64,000 nucleotides of DNA from Microcoleus sp. (GTDB lineage: Bacteria > Cyanobacteriota > Cyanobacteriia > Cyanobacteriales > Microcoleaceae), in contig CP181291.1 in NCBI GenBank assembly GCA_052279835.1, forward strand, positions 1,984,001 to 2,048,000, in the 5' to 3' direction. Below the pieces are notes generated by a model. The model saw nothing but the letters and a program-made list of their open reading frames with translations. It did not search any database and was not told where the DNA came from. A program made the translations under genes and the position numbers. Positions 21,934-32,251 of this stretch are shown in pieces. The first letter of the stretch is position 1; every line of letters begins with the position of its first letter.

Positions 21934-24441
21934 TTAATTATTAGGCAAAGATTCCCAAAAAGGTCGCTCTTCTCCCTTTCTGATAGTATTTGTAGCAGAC
22001 TGCATATTCCCCCTCAGTTCTTGATAATACCTATCGTCCAGGAAACTAACGTTTACACCAAAAGGTAGTAGTAATTGACGTAATTTTTCCTGAGTATAAT
22101 CCTTGCCGTCAATTATCGCCCCGCGAGGATTTGAGACTAACAAATTGCCATTGACAGGTACGGAATTGACCAGATTCGGCCACCAAGCATAACCGCTATA
22201 GCCAAACATCACTGGAATTTGGATAATTTGGTCATCTCTCAGGGAAAATTCTCTTTTTAACTTATCGATAATCGGATTAAGTTTTTGTGTTTGTAAATTG
22301 AGGTTGTGTTTAATTAAAGCTTGATTTTTCAAAGCATCGCTGACTGTAATTTCATTGCTCAATCCACGATTTATCCTAACATCACCGTAACCTTTTCCTG
22401 CCAATTCTTCCAAGAGCTTAACTCCGGCTTCTGGACTGGCGATCGCCATTATATACTTTCCAGGAGTTGTACTGGGAATAAAATTGATGATTTCATCGAC
22501 TTGGCGAGTCAATAGCCAAGAAGTATCAATATCCACCGCAGGCCCTTGAATTTGCTGAGCTTGAATAAAATCCAGTACCTCTGGATTAAAACTAGCATTC
22601 CCAGAATTACCGTAATAAATTCGACCCATGGGGTATCCAGGAATCGCCGGTGTTACTTGTAAATTTCCGTAGCCATCAGCCCACTGATTTGCTGATTCTA
22701 GATTGCGAGGTTGACCGATTTTGACTACGCTCAAATACTCATCGGGATTGGTTTTTTGGGGATAATTACCTAGGACATTAATATTGTTTTGTAAGGCTAC
22801 ATTCAAATTGCGAGTTTTGGATTTTTCTGGAAATTGAACGTACCCATTTTTCTGAATATCCTGCATCCAAGCTTTGTCTCCTTGGATGATTTTGACTTTA
22901 GCTCCTGTAGGTTCTACTGCTTGTTTGAGTTGGGAGATAAATTCGCTATTTCCTGAGCCTCTGTCGCTGACTTGAACCTCTGTAACTGGTGTGATATTGG
23001 AGGGCATTATCCAAGGGGTAACGCCCATTTGGATTGTGGCTGAGGCTATTTCTTGACCATTATTGATGGCATTTGCTTTGAGATTAATCCGACCGCTCCA
23101 ATTGCGATCGGCAAATTGTTTGGCTTCTACTCCTAAGACAATATTTTTGCTAAAAACTAGCGGTTTAGTGCCTGATATGTCTACACTTTGCCACCCATCG
23201 CCGGTCTTTTGAAAAACATTTATGTGAGGGCTAGCAAGGTTATCAGCCGTGATAAATATTTGAGAACCTTTGAAGTTTTCCGACATTTTTAAGTGAACTT
23301 GAGACAGCATTGCTGGGCGGCGTGGGGCGCTAACTTTGGTTTGTTGCCAAACTGGTATTTTGCGTCGATCGCCCGATTTGTCGTTAAATAGAACTAGGGT
23401 TCCCTTGGACAAAGACCATTGTTCTTTACCTGGTTCATCTTGGTCATTAATTTCGCCATCTCTGTTGGTATCTCCCGCAAAGAAGAAGTTGGATGGCGCT
23501 GAAGTGGGTAAAAGTGGGCTGGGATTTGGGGTGAGAGTTGCTTGAGGAGTTGGTGAAGTTTTTGCTAATTCTTCTTGGCGGGCTTGTTCTTGCTTTTCTC
23601 GTGCTTGTCTTTCTAATTCTTGGCGGGCTTGTTCTTGTTTTTCTCGTGCTTGTCTTTCTAATTCTTGGCGGGCTTGTTCTTGTTTTTCTCGTTCTTTCCG
23701 CACAATTTCTTGTTGTTCAAATTCTTGTCTTTCTCGTTCTTTCCGCACAATTTCTTGCTTTTCAAATTCTTGTCTTTCTAGTTCTTTCCGGGCTTGTTCT
23801 TTTTTCTCAATTTCTCTTCTGGCTAACTCTTGTTTTTCTTGTTCTTCTGCTAAGGCTTTTTGTACGTTCCGTGCAATTTGTAATTCGTAGGTAGCGACTG
23901 TTAGATTGCCTTGATATTCGATGGTTTTGTCTATCGCCCCACTAGCCAAAAAAGAATCGTGGGGAATTTGGCGCAGCGTGTTGATAGCGGACTGCCACAG
24001 ACGTTGTGACTGTTCCCAACTAGCTGGAGAATTTTTTGCGGTGCGTCCGATGATGACGGCTTCACTGGCTATTTTAGCCGATTCATTCCAAGTGTTTTTG
24101 GCGGTTTCTTCGATTTGAATGCTACTGTTGACTTTGGCCAGTTGCAGAACCAAAGCTTCTGATTTTTGGCGCTGGATTTGGGGTTTCCAAGGTTCTGAGA
24201 AAAACGAGGTGCGATCGGGATTTTTGGCAATTTGCTCTAATTCTAGTTTAAGGCGATCGCGCAATTTGTAGAGTTCCGCAAGGGATTGGGGAGTTTCGGT
24301 GTCTGGCTGTAGCCCAGAGATTTGGAGTTGGTTGTTGAGGGAAGGTTGGGCGAGGGTTTGGGGGACTGCTACCCAGATGATACCGATGATGACACCGAAA
24401 GTATTGATAATGGCGATCGCAATATATTTAACCAAACGCAT
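21934..24441 (-). CDS. Protein-arginine deiminase (PAD)-family protein with N-terminal signal/TM and coiled coil; degenerate active site
   Basis: DTNRDG, VTPWIMP, WMQD, GNLQVTP, YPMGRIYYG, IDTSWLLTRQVDE, WPNLVNS, GNMQSATN follow the order of PAD catalytic-domain motifs. Confidence 0.85.
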   Translation of the reverse strand: MRLVKYIAIAIINTFGVIIGIIWVAVPQTLAQPSLNNQLQISGLQPDTETPQSLAELYKLRDRLKLELEQIAKNPDRTSFFSEPWKPQIQRQKSEALVLQLAKVNSSIQIEETAKNTWNESAKIASEAVIIGRTAKNSPASWEQSQRLWQSAINTLRQIPHDSFLASGAIDKTIEYQGNLTVATYELQIARNVQKALAEEQEKQELARREIEKKEQARKELERQEFEKQEIVRKERERQEFEQQEIVRKEREKQEQARQELERQAREKQEQARQELERQAREKQEQARQEELAKTSPTPQATLTPNPSPLLPTSAPSNFFFAGDTNRDGEINDQDEPGKEQWSLSKGTLVLFNDKSGDRRKIPVWQQTKVSAPRRPAMLSQVHLKMSENFKGSQIFITADNLASPHINVFQKTGDGWQSVDISGTKPLVFSKNIVLGVEAKQFADRNWSGRINLKANAINNGQEIASATIQMGVTPWIMPSNITPVTEVQVSDRGSGNSEFISQLKQAVEPTGAKVKIIQGDKAWMQDIQKNGYVQFPEKSKTRNLNVALQNNINVLGNYPQKTNPDEYLSVVKIGQPRNLESANQWADGYGNLQVTPAIPGYPMGRIYYGNSGNASFNPEVLDFIQAQQIQGPAVDIDTSWLLTRQVDEIINFIPSTTPGKYIMAIASPEAGVKLLEELAGKGYGDVRINRGLSNEITVSDALKNQALIKHNLNLQTQKLNPIIDKLKREFSLRDDQIIQIPVMFGYSGYAWWPNLVNSVPVNGNLLVSNPRGAIIDGKDYTQEKLRQLLLPFGVNVSFLDDRYYQELRGNMQSATNTIRKGEERPFWESLPNN

Positions 24442-24875
24442 ATAGTTTATCCTCAGACACCCCAATGATTTTACCTAATTTGGGGATAAATTGAGAATTT
24501 AATATCGGGTGGTTGGGGCGGGAAGGGCTATGGTTGAGACCGTCATAAAAGACTTACAGAACTTTTGATATCAAATTCGGTAGCATCTGAATTATTCATC
24601 TCTCTATTCTCTCACTCTGTGTCCTCTGCGTTCTCTGTGGTTACTCCCTTCCCACCCAAAGAATTTGTATTTTAATAAACCGCGAAGGCGCGTTCCCCGC
24701 AGGGGTTCCCGTAGGGTAGGACGCAAAGGAAGAGAAGAGAGAGTTTAATACAGGACGATGAAGAGAGGATTTTATATGACTATGTAGCCGGAAACAATAT
24801 GAATGTTTCAGGTATGATGAAAAATCGCAGGTTGTCTCGTGCAATGGGGAGGATGTCAAAGAATATGTCTATTCA

Positions 24876-27173
24876 CTATTTTAAAATTGATTTTTGCAGA
24901 CGCTCGATCGCACAATGCAAACATTTAATTTCATAGACAATGCGATCTAGTTGTGTAGAAACAGGAGTTTGGTCCCGAACAGCTTGCCTCGTGGAAGTTA
25001 CAGAAGTTGGATTTGCAGCTAACTCTGAGATGCGAGCGGTATGTAACTGTTCGATCCGATTGTGAATTGGTTGGAGATAAGTATCTAGGGCGGGTAAAGA
25101 TTGGGGTGGCTCTCCCTGTTCCAAGGCCTTTGCTAAATTCTCCAAAATTTCGACAATGGCATCGTTAAATCCCTTGAGTTCTGCAAATTGATACTCTCCG
25201 CTAAATTGTCGCTGATGTTCCGCTAGAGTCGTAACAGAGCTAAAAAAGGCACGAATGTATAGCATTAGCATCATAATCGGTTCCACTTCTCCTCGAACGT
25301 GAAGGGGTTCGCTGAATAAGCGTTGAGCCGCGGCCGCAGCGTTCGCATTTTTCAATGCTGCTTGATGACGCAGGTTTTTAATAGTCTCAGTCGATGGTTC
25401 TGATTCTGGGTGGAGATAGCTGGCGGCAACTTGTTCAAAGTAAGCGAGATTGGCTCGCATAGTTGTTGCTAATTGTGCCGAGAGTTGCTGTCTTTCCCAA
25501 CTGGGAAATAACAAATAGCTGCCGAGTAATGCTAAGCTGCCTCCAATTAAGCTATCGACAATGCGTAAAGCCCCGATTTCCCAGCCACCTTTACTGGTGA
25601 GATTGAGCAGCAATATGACGACGGGAGTCAGGAGTATCATGAAGATACCATAGCTGAGCGATCGCACTGACATCGCAGTAACTAACAGGACTAAGATACA
25701 GATTAATATTGCCACTGAATTGTGGATGAATGCGACTAGGGCAATGCCGACTATCCCCCCTAAAGTAGTTCCCACAACCCGTTGCACCGTTCTTTCGGAG
25801 GTATCACCAAAGCTGGGCTTCAAGGCAACTACAGCGGTGAGTGTCACCCAATAACCTGTAGGTACTTGCAATAGCGAAGCCAGTAATTGAGCAGTAGTTA
25901 CTATCAGCGCCAGTCGCAAAGCATGACGAAATAAAACTGAATCAAACGTGAGATTATTCCGCAGGGTATCCAGGATGGAAGAACGCTCTGGCTGCATGGG
26001 GGGGTAAATGTCTGACTGCGGGATGCTGCGCCCTTTTGCTTGCTGTAAATCTGTGACAATCTCCACATCGCTATGAATCTGTTCTGCTAGGGCTTTGAGA
26101 CTGCTGACTATCTTGCCAATACTTACTAACCGAGCATAGTCATCTGCGTGAGTGAGACTCGCCTCATTCAGGAATTGAGAGCGTAGGATTTGCCATTGGT
26201 ATTCTAAGGCCTCGATCGCGCGATCGAGGTCTCCTAAGTGCACAAAGTTCTTTCCTTTGGTAAGGGCATCGGACAATAGTTGCACAGCCGTTGCCGATTG
26301 TGCCATCACTTGCTGGATTTCACTATATAAATATTGGAATAGGGAATGAGGGGAGGCGATCGCTAACAGTTCGACCAATGCTACAACAGAATTGGTAATT
26401 TGGTTGGCATCCTCAATTAAGACCAGTAACTGATTTCCACGCAAATTAGCGGTTTCTCGCCCTGTCCACACAGCACCCCAGACACTCCGGGCAGAGGTCA
26501 ACTCCTGTATCACACTATCTTGAGCTTGTAAGAATTGCTTAGTCCACTCCCGAAGTTCCTGCCGATTGAAGGGTATTTCGCTGGCGGTTGCCAAAAATTG
26601 GCTCAATGTGTGATAGCAATTGGCCGCTGCCACGATGACAGGGGTGTAAGGGCGCAGTACCCACAATCCTAGAGATAACAGCATTGTCCATAGGCCTCCA
26701 CCCAGACACAACGCGCATTGCTCAAGAACCGTAGACCAATCCGGGAACGAAGCGAATTTGGCTAGGGAGACGATAAACATAATTGATGTCACCAGACTCA
26801 CCGTGGCCGCTGTCGTGCCAAACAGACCAGCTAAGCCCGCGATAAACATCACCAAAAAGGTGGTGGGAATCGCTAGCCAGAGGGTACTGCTAACTAGATT
26901 GGCGATGAGCAACGCCAGAGTTGTGCCAATGGTCGCTGCGAGCATTACAGTAGCTTTTTGGCGGTAGGCTCCACCCCCATCCACCATTCCGACAAACATG
27001 GCGGCCATGGCTGCGATGGCACTTGCAGCCGGATGACCGATCATGAATCCCACTGCCATCGGCCCGCTGACTGCCAAAAGAGCACGCAAGCCGTAGAGGA
27101 TGTCCGGTTTACCAGGGTTGAGCTGAAACGGCTGCAACAGCCAGTTGAGAGATGGTGGGTGGGCAGATAGCAT
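24876..27173 (-). CDS. FUSC/YccS-YhfK-family membrane transporter
   Basis: Two multi-TM blocks; FRHALRLAL, GYWVTLT, QRVVGTTLG motifs. Confidence 0.88.
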   Translation of the reverse strand: MLSAHPPSLNWLLQPFQLNPGKPDILYGLRALLAVSGPMAVGFMIGHPAASAIAAMAAMFVGMVDGGGAYRQKATVMLAATIGTTLALLIANLVSSTLWLAIPTTFLVMFIAGLAGLFGTTAATVSLVTSIMFIVSLAKFASFPDWSTVLEQCALCLGGGLWTMLLSLGLWVLRPYTPVIVAAANCYHTLSQFLATASEIPFNRQELREWTKQFLQAQDSVIQELTSARSVWGAVWTGRETANLRGNQLLVLIEDANQITNSVVALVELLAIASPHSLFQYLYSEIQQVMAQSATAVQLLSDALTKGKNFVHLGDLDRAIEALEYQWQILRSQFLNEASLTHADDYARLVSIGKIVSSLKALAEQIHSDVEIVTDLQQAKGRSIPQSDIYPPMQPERSSILDTLRNNLTFDSVLFRHALRLALIVTTAQLLASLLQVPTGYWVTLTAVVALKPSFGDTSERTVQRVVGTTLGGIVGIALVAFIHNSVAILICILVLLVTAMSVRSLSYGIFMILLTPVVILLLNLTSKGGWEIGALRIVDSLIGGSLALLGSYLLFPSWERQQLSAQLATTMRANLAYFEQVAASYLHPESEPSTETIKNLRHQAALKNANAAAAAQRLFSEPLHVRGEVEPIMMLMLYIRAFFSSVTTLAEHQRQFSGEYQFAELKGFNDAIVEILENLAKALEQGEPPQSLPALDTYLQPIHNRIEQLHTARISELAANPTSVTSTRQAVRDQTPVSTQLDRIVYEIKCLHCAIERLQKSILK

Positions 27174-27219
27174 TACTTACGTTATTTCCTTTTCGGGCAA
27201 ACTATATTGATAGCTATCT

Positions 27220-28743
27220 TCAAATCACATAAAATTCGCCATATTTGTTGCGTATGTACCGCAGAAATGGGTCGATACTTAAAGGAGAACCTGTAACTCT
27301 ATCTAGCAATTCGACTGCGGTATATTTACGACCATGACTATATATATTTTCTTTGAGCCAATCATGGAGTACGGTAAAATTCCCCTGTTCTATTTCTACC
27401 GGAATTTCTGGATTGATTTTGACTGCGGTTTCATAGAATTGGGCGCTCATTAAATTACCAAGGGTGTAACCTTGGAACATACCGCCGATCGTTCCAACAT
27501 ACCAATGAACATCCTGCATTGCACCCTCGCTGTCGCTGGGGGGAACAATACCGAGGTCAGTTTTATAGCGACTGTTCCAGGCTTCGGGGAGGTCATGAAC
27601 CGATAGTTTTCCCTCTACCATTGCCAATTCTAGGTCAAAGCGGATGGCTACGTGGAGGTTGTAGGTTACTTCGTCGGCGTCGGTGCGGATCAGCGATCGC
27701 CCGACTTTGTTAATGGCCTTATAAAATACCTCAATCGGCACCTGTCCCAACTGCCGCAAAAATACCCCTTGCAGTTGCGGGTAAAAACATTCCCAAAAGC
27801 CCCTACTGCGGCCGACTAAATTTTCCCAAAGCCGGGACTGGCTTTCATGAACACCAGAGGAAATGCCACCAGCTAGGAGTGTACCTTCAAATTCGTGGGA
27901 ATTTCCCAGTTCGTAAAGAGCGTGTCCCGCTTCGTGGATACTGCTAAAAAGAGCTTGATCCAGGTGATCTTTGTAAACGCGGGTGGTGATCCGCACGTCG
28001 TCTATGGAGAAGTTGGTCATAAACGGGTGCAAGGTGGTATCTTGTCGTCCCCGTTGGAAGTCGTAGCCCATACGTTCTACGACGGTGCGAGTAAATTCTA
28101 ATTGCTGGGCTTCGGGGAAGTCTTGATGCAAGCAAGAGTCGTCAGCCTGGGGCTGGGAGGTGATGGCTTCGACTATGGGGACTAATTCTTGACGGAGTTG
28201 AGCGAACAACGGGCGCAAAATCGATACTTTCATGCCATAGTCGCTACGATCGATCAAGGGATCGGCAATATGTTCATATCCTGGGAAAAAGTCCGCGTAT
28301 TGCCTGCTTAATTCTAGGGTTTTTTCCAGATATGGCTCCACGGCTGCAAAATTATTAGCAGCTTTTGCCGTAGCCCAGGCTTCGTAGCAGTCGGCTTGGT
28401 GGCGACATAGTTTGGCCATAAAGGCTGCCGGAACTCTGGCGGCGCGATCGTAATCTCTGCGCGCGACGCGAATCAGGCTGGCGGTATTGGAATCGTAGGG
28501 GAGGCTTTGTTCGTAGCCACGTAAGTCTTCTAGCAGTTCCCCAATTTTAGGATCGGTAAATTTTTCGTGGGATATCTGTTTGAGGGTAGCCAATTGGCGG
28601 CTCCGGGCACTTGCACCCCTAACAGGCATATAGGTGGCTTGATCCCAGTGCAGCAGGGAAGAGGCTGACTCGATATCGATAATTTCGTTAAGACGGGCTG
28701 TGAGTTGACCGAATTTTGTTTCAGTTTTGTCTAGGGTTTGCAT
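27220..28743 (-). CDS. Carboxypeptidase M32
   Basis: HPF, DVRITTR, HEAGH, HESQSRLWEN, IRTDADE, QDVHW. Confidence 0.95.
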   Translation of the reverse strand: MQTLDKTETKFGQLTARLNEIIDIESASSLLHWDQATYMPVRGASARSRQLATLKQISHEKFTDPKIGELLEDLRGYEQSLPYDSNTASLIRVARRDYDRAARVPAAFMAKLCRHQADCYEAWATAKAANNFAAVEPYLEKTLELSRQYADFFPGYEHIADPLIDRSDYGMKVSILRPLFAQLRQELVPIVEAITSQPQADDSCLHQDFPEAQQLEFTRTVVERMGYDFQRGRQDTTLHPFMTNFSIDDVRITTRVYKDHLDQALFSSIHEAGHALYELGNSHEFEGTLLAGGISSGVHESQSRLWENLVGRSRGFWECFYPQLQGVFLRQLGQVPIEVFYKAINKVGRSLIRTDADEVTYNLHVAIRFDLELAMVEGKLSVHDLPEAWNSRYKTDLGIVPPSDSEGAMQDVHWYVGTIGGMFQGYTLGNLMSAQFYETAVKINPEIPVEIEQGNFTVLHDWLKENIYSHGRKYTAVELLDRVTGSPLSIDPFLRYIRNKYGEFYVI

Positions 28744-28805
28744 GATTGGGGTTAGCGGTACTTTTTTGCCTACAAAGGTTGCTGTGCGGCATCTATATTA
28801 GTCAA

Positions 28806-30026
28806 TCATTGCTTACCCTGAGTTAAAGCTAAAGACCGCACTTGTTCACGTATTGTATGCAATTTTGAGTCATTTTGGGAAAGTTTTAGGTATTTTTTCG
28901 GATTAAGTTCGATCGCCTTCGAGAGATTTTCTATTGCTTTGTCGATGATGCTTGCTACTACTGCGGGCTGATTTTTTGACTCTTGCGCTTGTTTTTCTAG
29001 GGCCCAGATGCAGGCTTTTTGATAGTAGAGGTTTGGATCGTCTGGTTTGAGTGCGATGATTCGATCGTAAGAGGCGATGGCTTCCGGGTATCGCTGGATT
29101 TTTTTGAGGGCGACGGCGCGGTTGTACCAGGCCTCGATGTTTTGCGGTTCTGTTTCTAGTGTTTTGTCCCAGGAGGCGATGGCTTCGGGGTAGCGTTGTA
29201 AATTTGCCAAGGCCAGGCCGCGGTTATACCAGGCTTCGCTATCGTCTGGTTTCAGGGCTAGGCCTTTGTCCCAGGAGTCTATGGCTTCTGCAAATTTTCC
29301 CATGTGGGCGATCGCCGTGCCGCGTTTGTTCCAAACTTCGGGGGAGTTGGGGCGCAGTTGGAGAGTTTTGTCGTAGGAGACAACGGCTTCTAGGTAGCGT
29401 TTGGCATCGGCTAAGGCTGTCGCGCGATGATACCATGCTTGGTGTAGGTCTGGTTTAATTTCCAGCGCCCTGTCGTAGGTGGCGATCGCCATTTCGTTTT
29501 GTCCTGATTTTTTCAGAGCAAATGCCTTGTTGTACCAAGCTTCCCAGTAGTCGGATTTCAGGGCTAAGGCTTTGTCGTAGGAAGTGATGGCTTGGGAGTA
29601 GCGTTCCAACTTAACCAGAGCGTTGCCTCGGTTCGACCAAGCTTCATGGTAATTTGGTTTGAATTGGATAGCTTTTTCGTAAGAGGCGATCGCCTCTGAA
29701 AGCCTGTTACACTTTTGCAGCACATTGCCCCGATTGTACAAGGCTTCTGGGTGATCGGGTTTAATTTTGATGGCTTCGTTGTAGGCGCAAATCGCTGTTT
29801 CTAGCTGTCCCAACTTTTTGAGGGCGACACCTTTGTTGTACCAAGCTTCCTGAAATTTTGGTTCTAGTTCGATCGCTTTTTCCCAAGATGCGATCGCCGC
29901 TTGCAAGCGTCCCATTGCTTCTAGGGCGTTACCTCGATCGTACCAGGTTTGAGGGTCTTGGGGATTCAGTTCTATGGATTTTGCCCCACGTTCGATCGGC
30001 TTTTCCATACTCGCTAATTTTTGCAA
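28806..30026 (-). CDS. Tetratricopeptide repeat protein
   Basis: About 10 34-aa repeats of the form AWYNRG.AL..L.R..EAIASYDKA. Confidence 0.92.
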   Translation of the reverse strand: MQKLASMEKPIERGAKSIELNPQDPQTWYDRGNALEAMGRLQAAIASWEKAIELEPKFQEAWYNKGVALKKLGQLETAICAYNEAIKIKPDHPEALYNRGNVLQKCNRLSEAIASYEKAIQFKPNYHEAWSNRGNALVKLERYSQAITSYDKALALKSDYWEAWYNKAFALKKSGQNEMAIATYDRALEIKPDLHQAWYHRATALADAKRYLEAVVSYDKTLQLRPNSPEVWNKRGTAIAHMGKFAEAIDSWDKGLALKPDDSEAWYNRGLALANLQRYPEAIASWDKTLETEPQNIEAWYNRAVALKKIQRYPEAIASYDRIIALKPDDPNLYYQKACIWALEKQAQESKNQPAVVASIIDKAIENLSKAIELNPKKYLKLSQNDSKLHTIREQVRSLALTQGKQ

Positions 30027-30370
30027 GGGATTTCACCTAATTTTTTGTAAAGTTGCGGTTTTTTTTATATTAACTTTCATACTAGGATGATTTTTACCCT
30101 TCCCAGGGTTGAAACCTTAGTATTCTGGTAATTTTTGATCGCTTTACATATACTCAAAAAAAATTAAACCCGTCTATTATAGACTTAGCAGTCTCTGGGG
30201 AATGTATAAATTAATACTTTAGTTTCTAAATTACGCATAATTAAGCAAAAGGGCAGGACATCGGACTCAACTATAAACAGCCTCACCCAAGCTCGACTAG
30301 CCCCAACCCCAGGCAAATCTCTATCCTGGCATCAAGGCTGGAAACCGATGAGCGTCCGGGGTTTAGGCTT

Positions 30371-30982
30371 TCAGCTTGCTAGATGCTTTCGCAAAAACAG
30401 TCTTCGTGGCTGTCCGAACAGCCAACAACTCCAATCCCAATCCACCTGTTCTAAGCGATACCCTGCCTGATAATATAACTGTCTAGCCGGATGATTATTT
30501 TCCAAAACATGGAGGTAAACTTCCGAAAATCCCCACTCACGGGCAGTTTTTTCACAATTATTCAGTAGCTTTTGAGCAACACCTTGTCGCCGATACTCTG
30601 GGTGAACGGCGAGATTGGATAAATAAGGATAGTCAGAACTTGGGAATTGCCAAGCAAAGCGAGAACGCAGAGCTAGTTCTACCGTTCCAGCCATTAACTC
30701 TGACCTGTTGTCGAGAGCATTTTCTTCCCGCGAGACTAGCTCAGCAACCAGACAAATGTAATGTTCAGTTTTAGAACGCAGTCGATTTTTTAAATCTTCG
30801 TAAATACCTAAGCGTAATACTGGATAGACCCAGTGTACTACCCCCTCGCGGGAATGAAAGCTCGAAGCCAAAATATCTGCTAGCTGCATCAGGTCATTGG
30901 CTCCAGCCATCCGAACTAAAAAGCCACAATTTTCGGGGTTTTGTTTACCGCGTGTTGGTGAGGAAAAAAATGAATAATTCAC
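30371..30982 (-). CDS. GNAT-family N-acetyltransferase
   Basis: YLSNLAVHPEYRRQGVA acetyl-CoA motif; LHVLENNHPARQLY. Confidence 0.92.
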   Translation of the reverse strand: MNYSFFSSPTRGKQNPENCGFLVRMAGANDLMQLADILASSFHSREGVVHWVYPVLRLGIYEDLKNRLRSKTEHYICLVAELVSREENALDNRSELMAGTVELALRSRFAWQFPSSDYPYLSNLAVHPEYRRQGVAQKLLNNCEKTAREWGFSEVYLHVLENNHPARQLYYQAGYRLEQVDWDWSCWLFGQPRRLFLRKHLAS

Positions 30983-31250
30983 AATTATCAGCCACTATAT
31001 TAATTTTCTAGGATGGTTATTTATACACAGAACCATTTTCTTAATGGTGATTTTATTGTGATTCATAACCCTCTAAATCAATTATAAATTCACAGGAACA
31101 TTCAATAATTATCAGCTAATTCTAAATGAGGGCGGGTCGGATTTGGGCAACCAATTCATTTCCAGCCGATCGGGGTGTGTTTTCTGTAATATTACGGGTA
31201 TAACTTATACACATAGTTGATTGACCCGATTAAACCACCACCTTCTTTAG

Positions 31251-31295
31251 CCTTGACTTTGCAATATTATCTAATGTACACTGGAAATGTCAAGG
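31251..31295 (+). promoter_or_regulatory. Putative sigma70 promoter bracketed by the inverted repeat CCTTGAC...GTCAAGG
   Basis: TTGACT at 31253 and TACACT at 31277; IR arms at 31251-31257 and 31289-31295. Confidence 0.4.
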
Positions 31296-31309
31296 GATTG
31301 AGAAAAATC

Positions 31310-31495
31310 ATGGCCAACAATAACCCATCCCCTAATACTAGATTTGTAGGTATTGGGAAGGGTATTAAAAACAATCAAAAAGGTTTTAATGTCAGGTTCC
31401 CGGAACCCTATCACTCTATGCTGGCAGAAATACCCGATAGAATTGAATTTATTCGTCAAGCCGTAATTGAAAAACTCAAGGATAAGCCAGAATGA
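31310..31495 (+). CDS. Small putative ribbon-helix-helix DNA-binding protein (61 aa)
   Basis: FNVRFPEPYHSMLAEIPDRIEFIRQAVIEKL has a beta-alpha-alpha RHH-like pattern; preceded by a promoter-like TTGACT-N18-TACACT. Confidence 0.5.
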   Translation: MANNNPSPNTRFVGIGKGIKNNQKGFNVRFPEPYHSMLAEIPDRIEFIRQAVIEKLKDKPE

Positions 31496-32251
31496 ATCAG
31501 GGTATGAGGCTCGTGGATGTTATGGCTATGGCGAGCCGATCGAGTTTCCGCAGGCTTCTGGCCACAGGCACTCCTGTATCCGATGAAAGCAACCTTGTCT
31601 TTAAGAGTAGGGGGTTTTCTGCCAAAAGTCCCATTTACACTCTGACGTTTTGGAAAAAGTCTCTGGGGTATGACCCAATAATTCCGTCTGTGGGCGGTAT
31701 GACCAAATAATTCGATAGTATGCAGAAGGCGATCGATAAATTCAAAAGCCCGATCAAGCTAATTAGCCGATGTTGACAGAGTAAATTCATCATGAAAATT
31801 AAGGGCAGGTTAAATAAGTTACATAGTTAACTGGGTGAGGGTGTTTCGAGAAGGGTTCAAGGCATTTGGGTTGGATCGAGTGGGATTTCCTCCTCCCTAA
31901 AGTTCTGACTCTGCGCTCAATTGCGGATTTCAAAGAGTCTATATCGTAAAATAAGGCGTCAATAGTGGCAAAAATAGGCACTGGACTTACGGCGATCGAC
32001 CGGGTTTCTCTGAAAAATCAAAGTTTCTCAACGAGATATCTACCAAAAAAGTGGGGTTTCTGCCATTGGCGGCTGTGGTGAGTTTTAAAAATCTTAACTA
32101 AAACGGGACTGGTGCAAATAATTAATCGCAAATACTGGAAACACATTCACAAAAGGACGGCTATAGCTATGTTGCAGAGATCCTGCCTCCCTATGACTCC
32201 CACCACCAAGCACAGCAAAGCTATGTGGTTGAGCAATCAGGGGGAAGACAA

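Noticed and set aside
30335..30357. Hammerhead-like words GAAAC and CGATGAG
   Set aside because: The core is not CTGATGA and the motif order and stems do not fit a hammerhead.
31198..31210. Possible NtcA site GTATAACTTATAC
   Set aside because: The spacing is GTA-N7-TAC, not the canonical GTA-N8-TAC.
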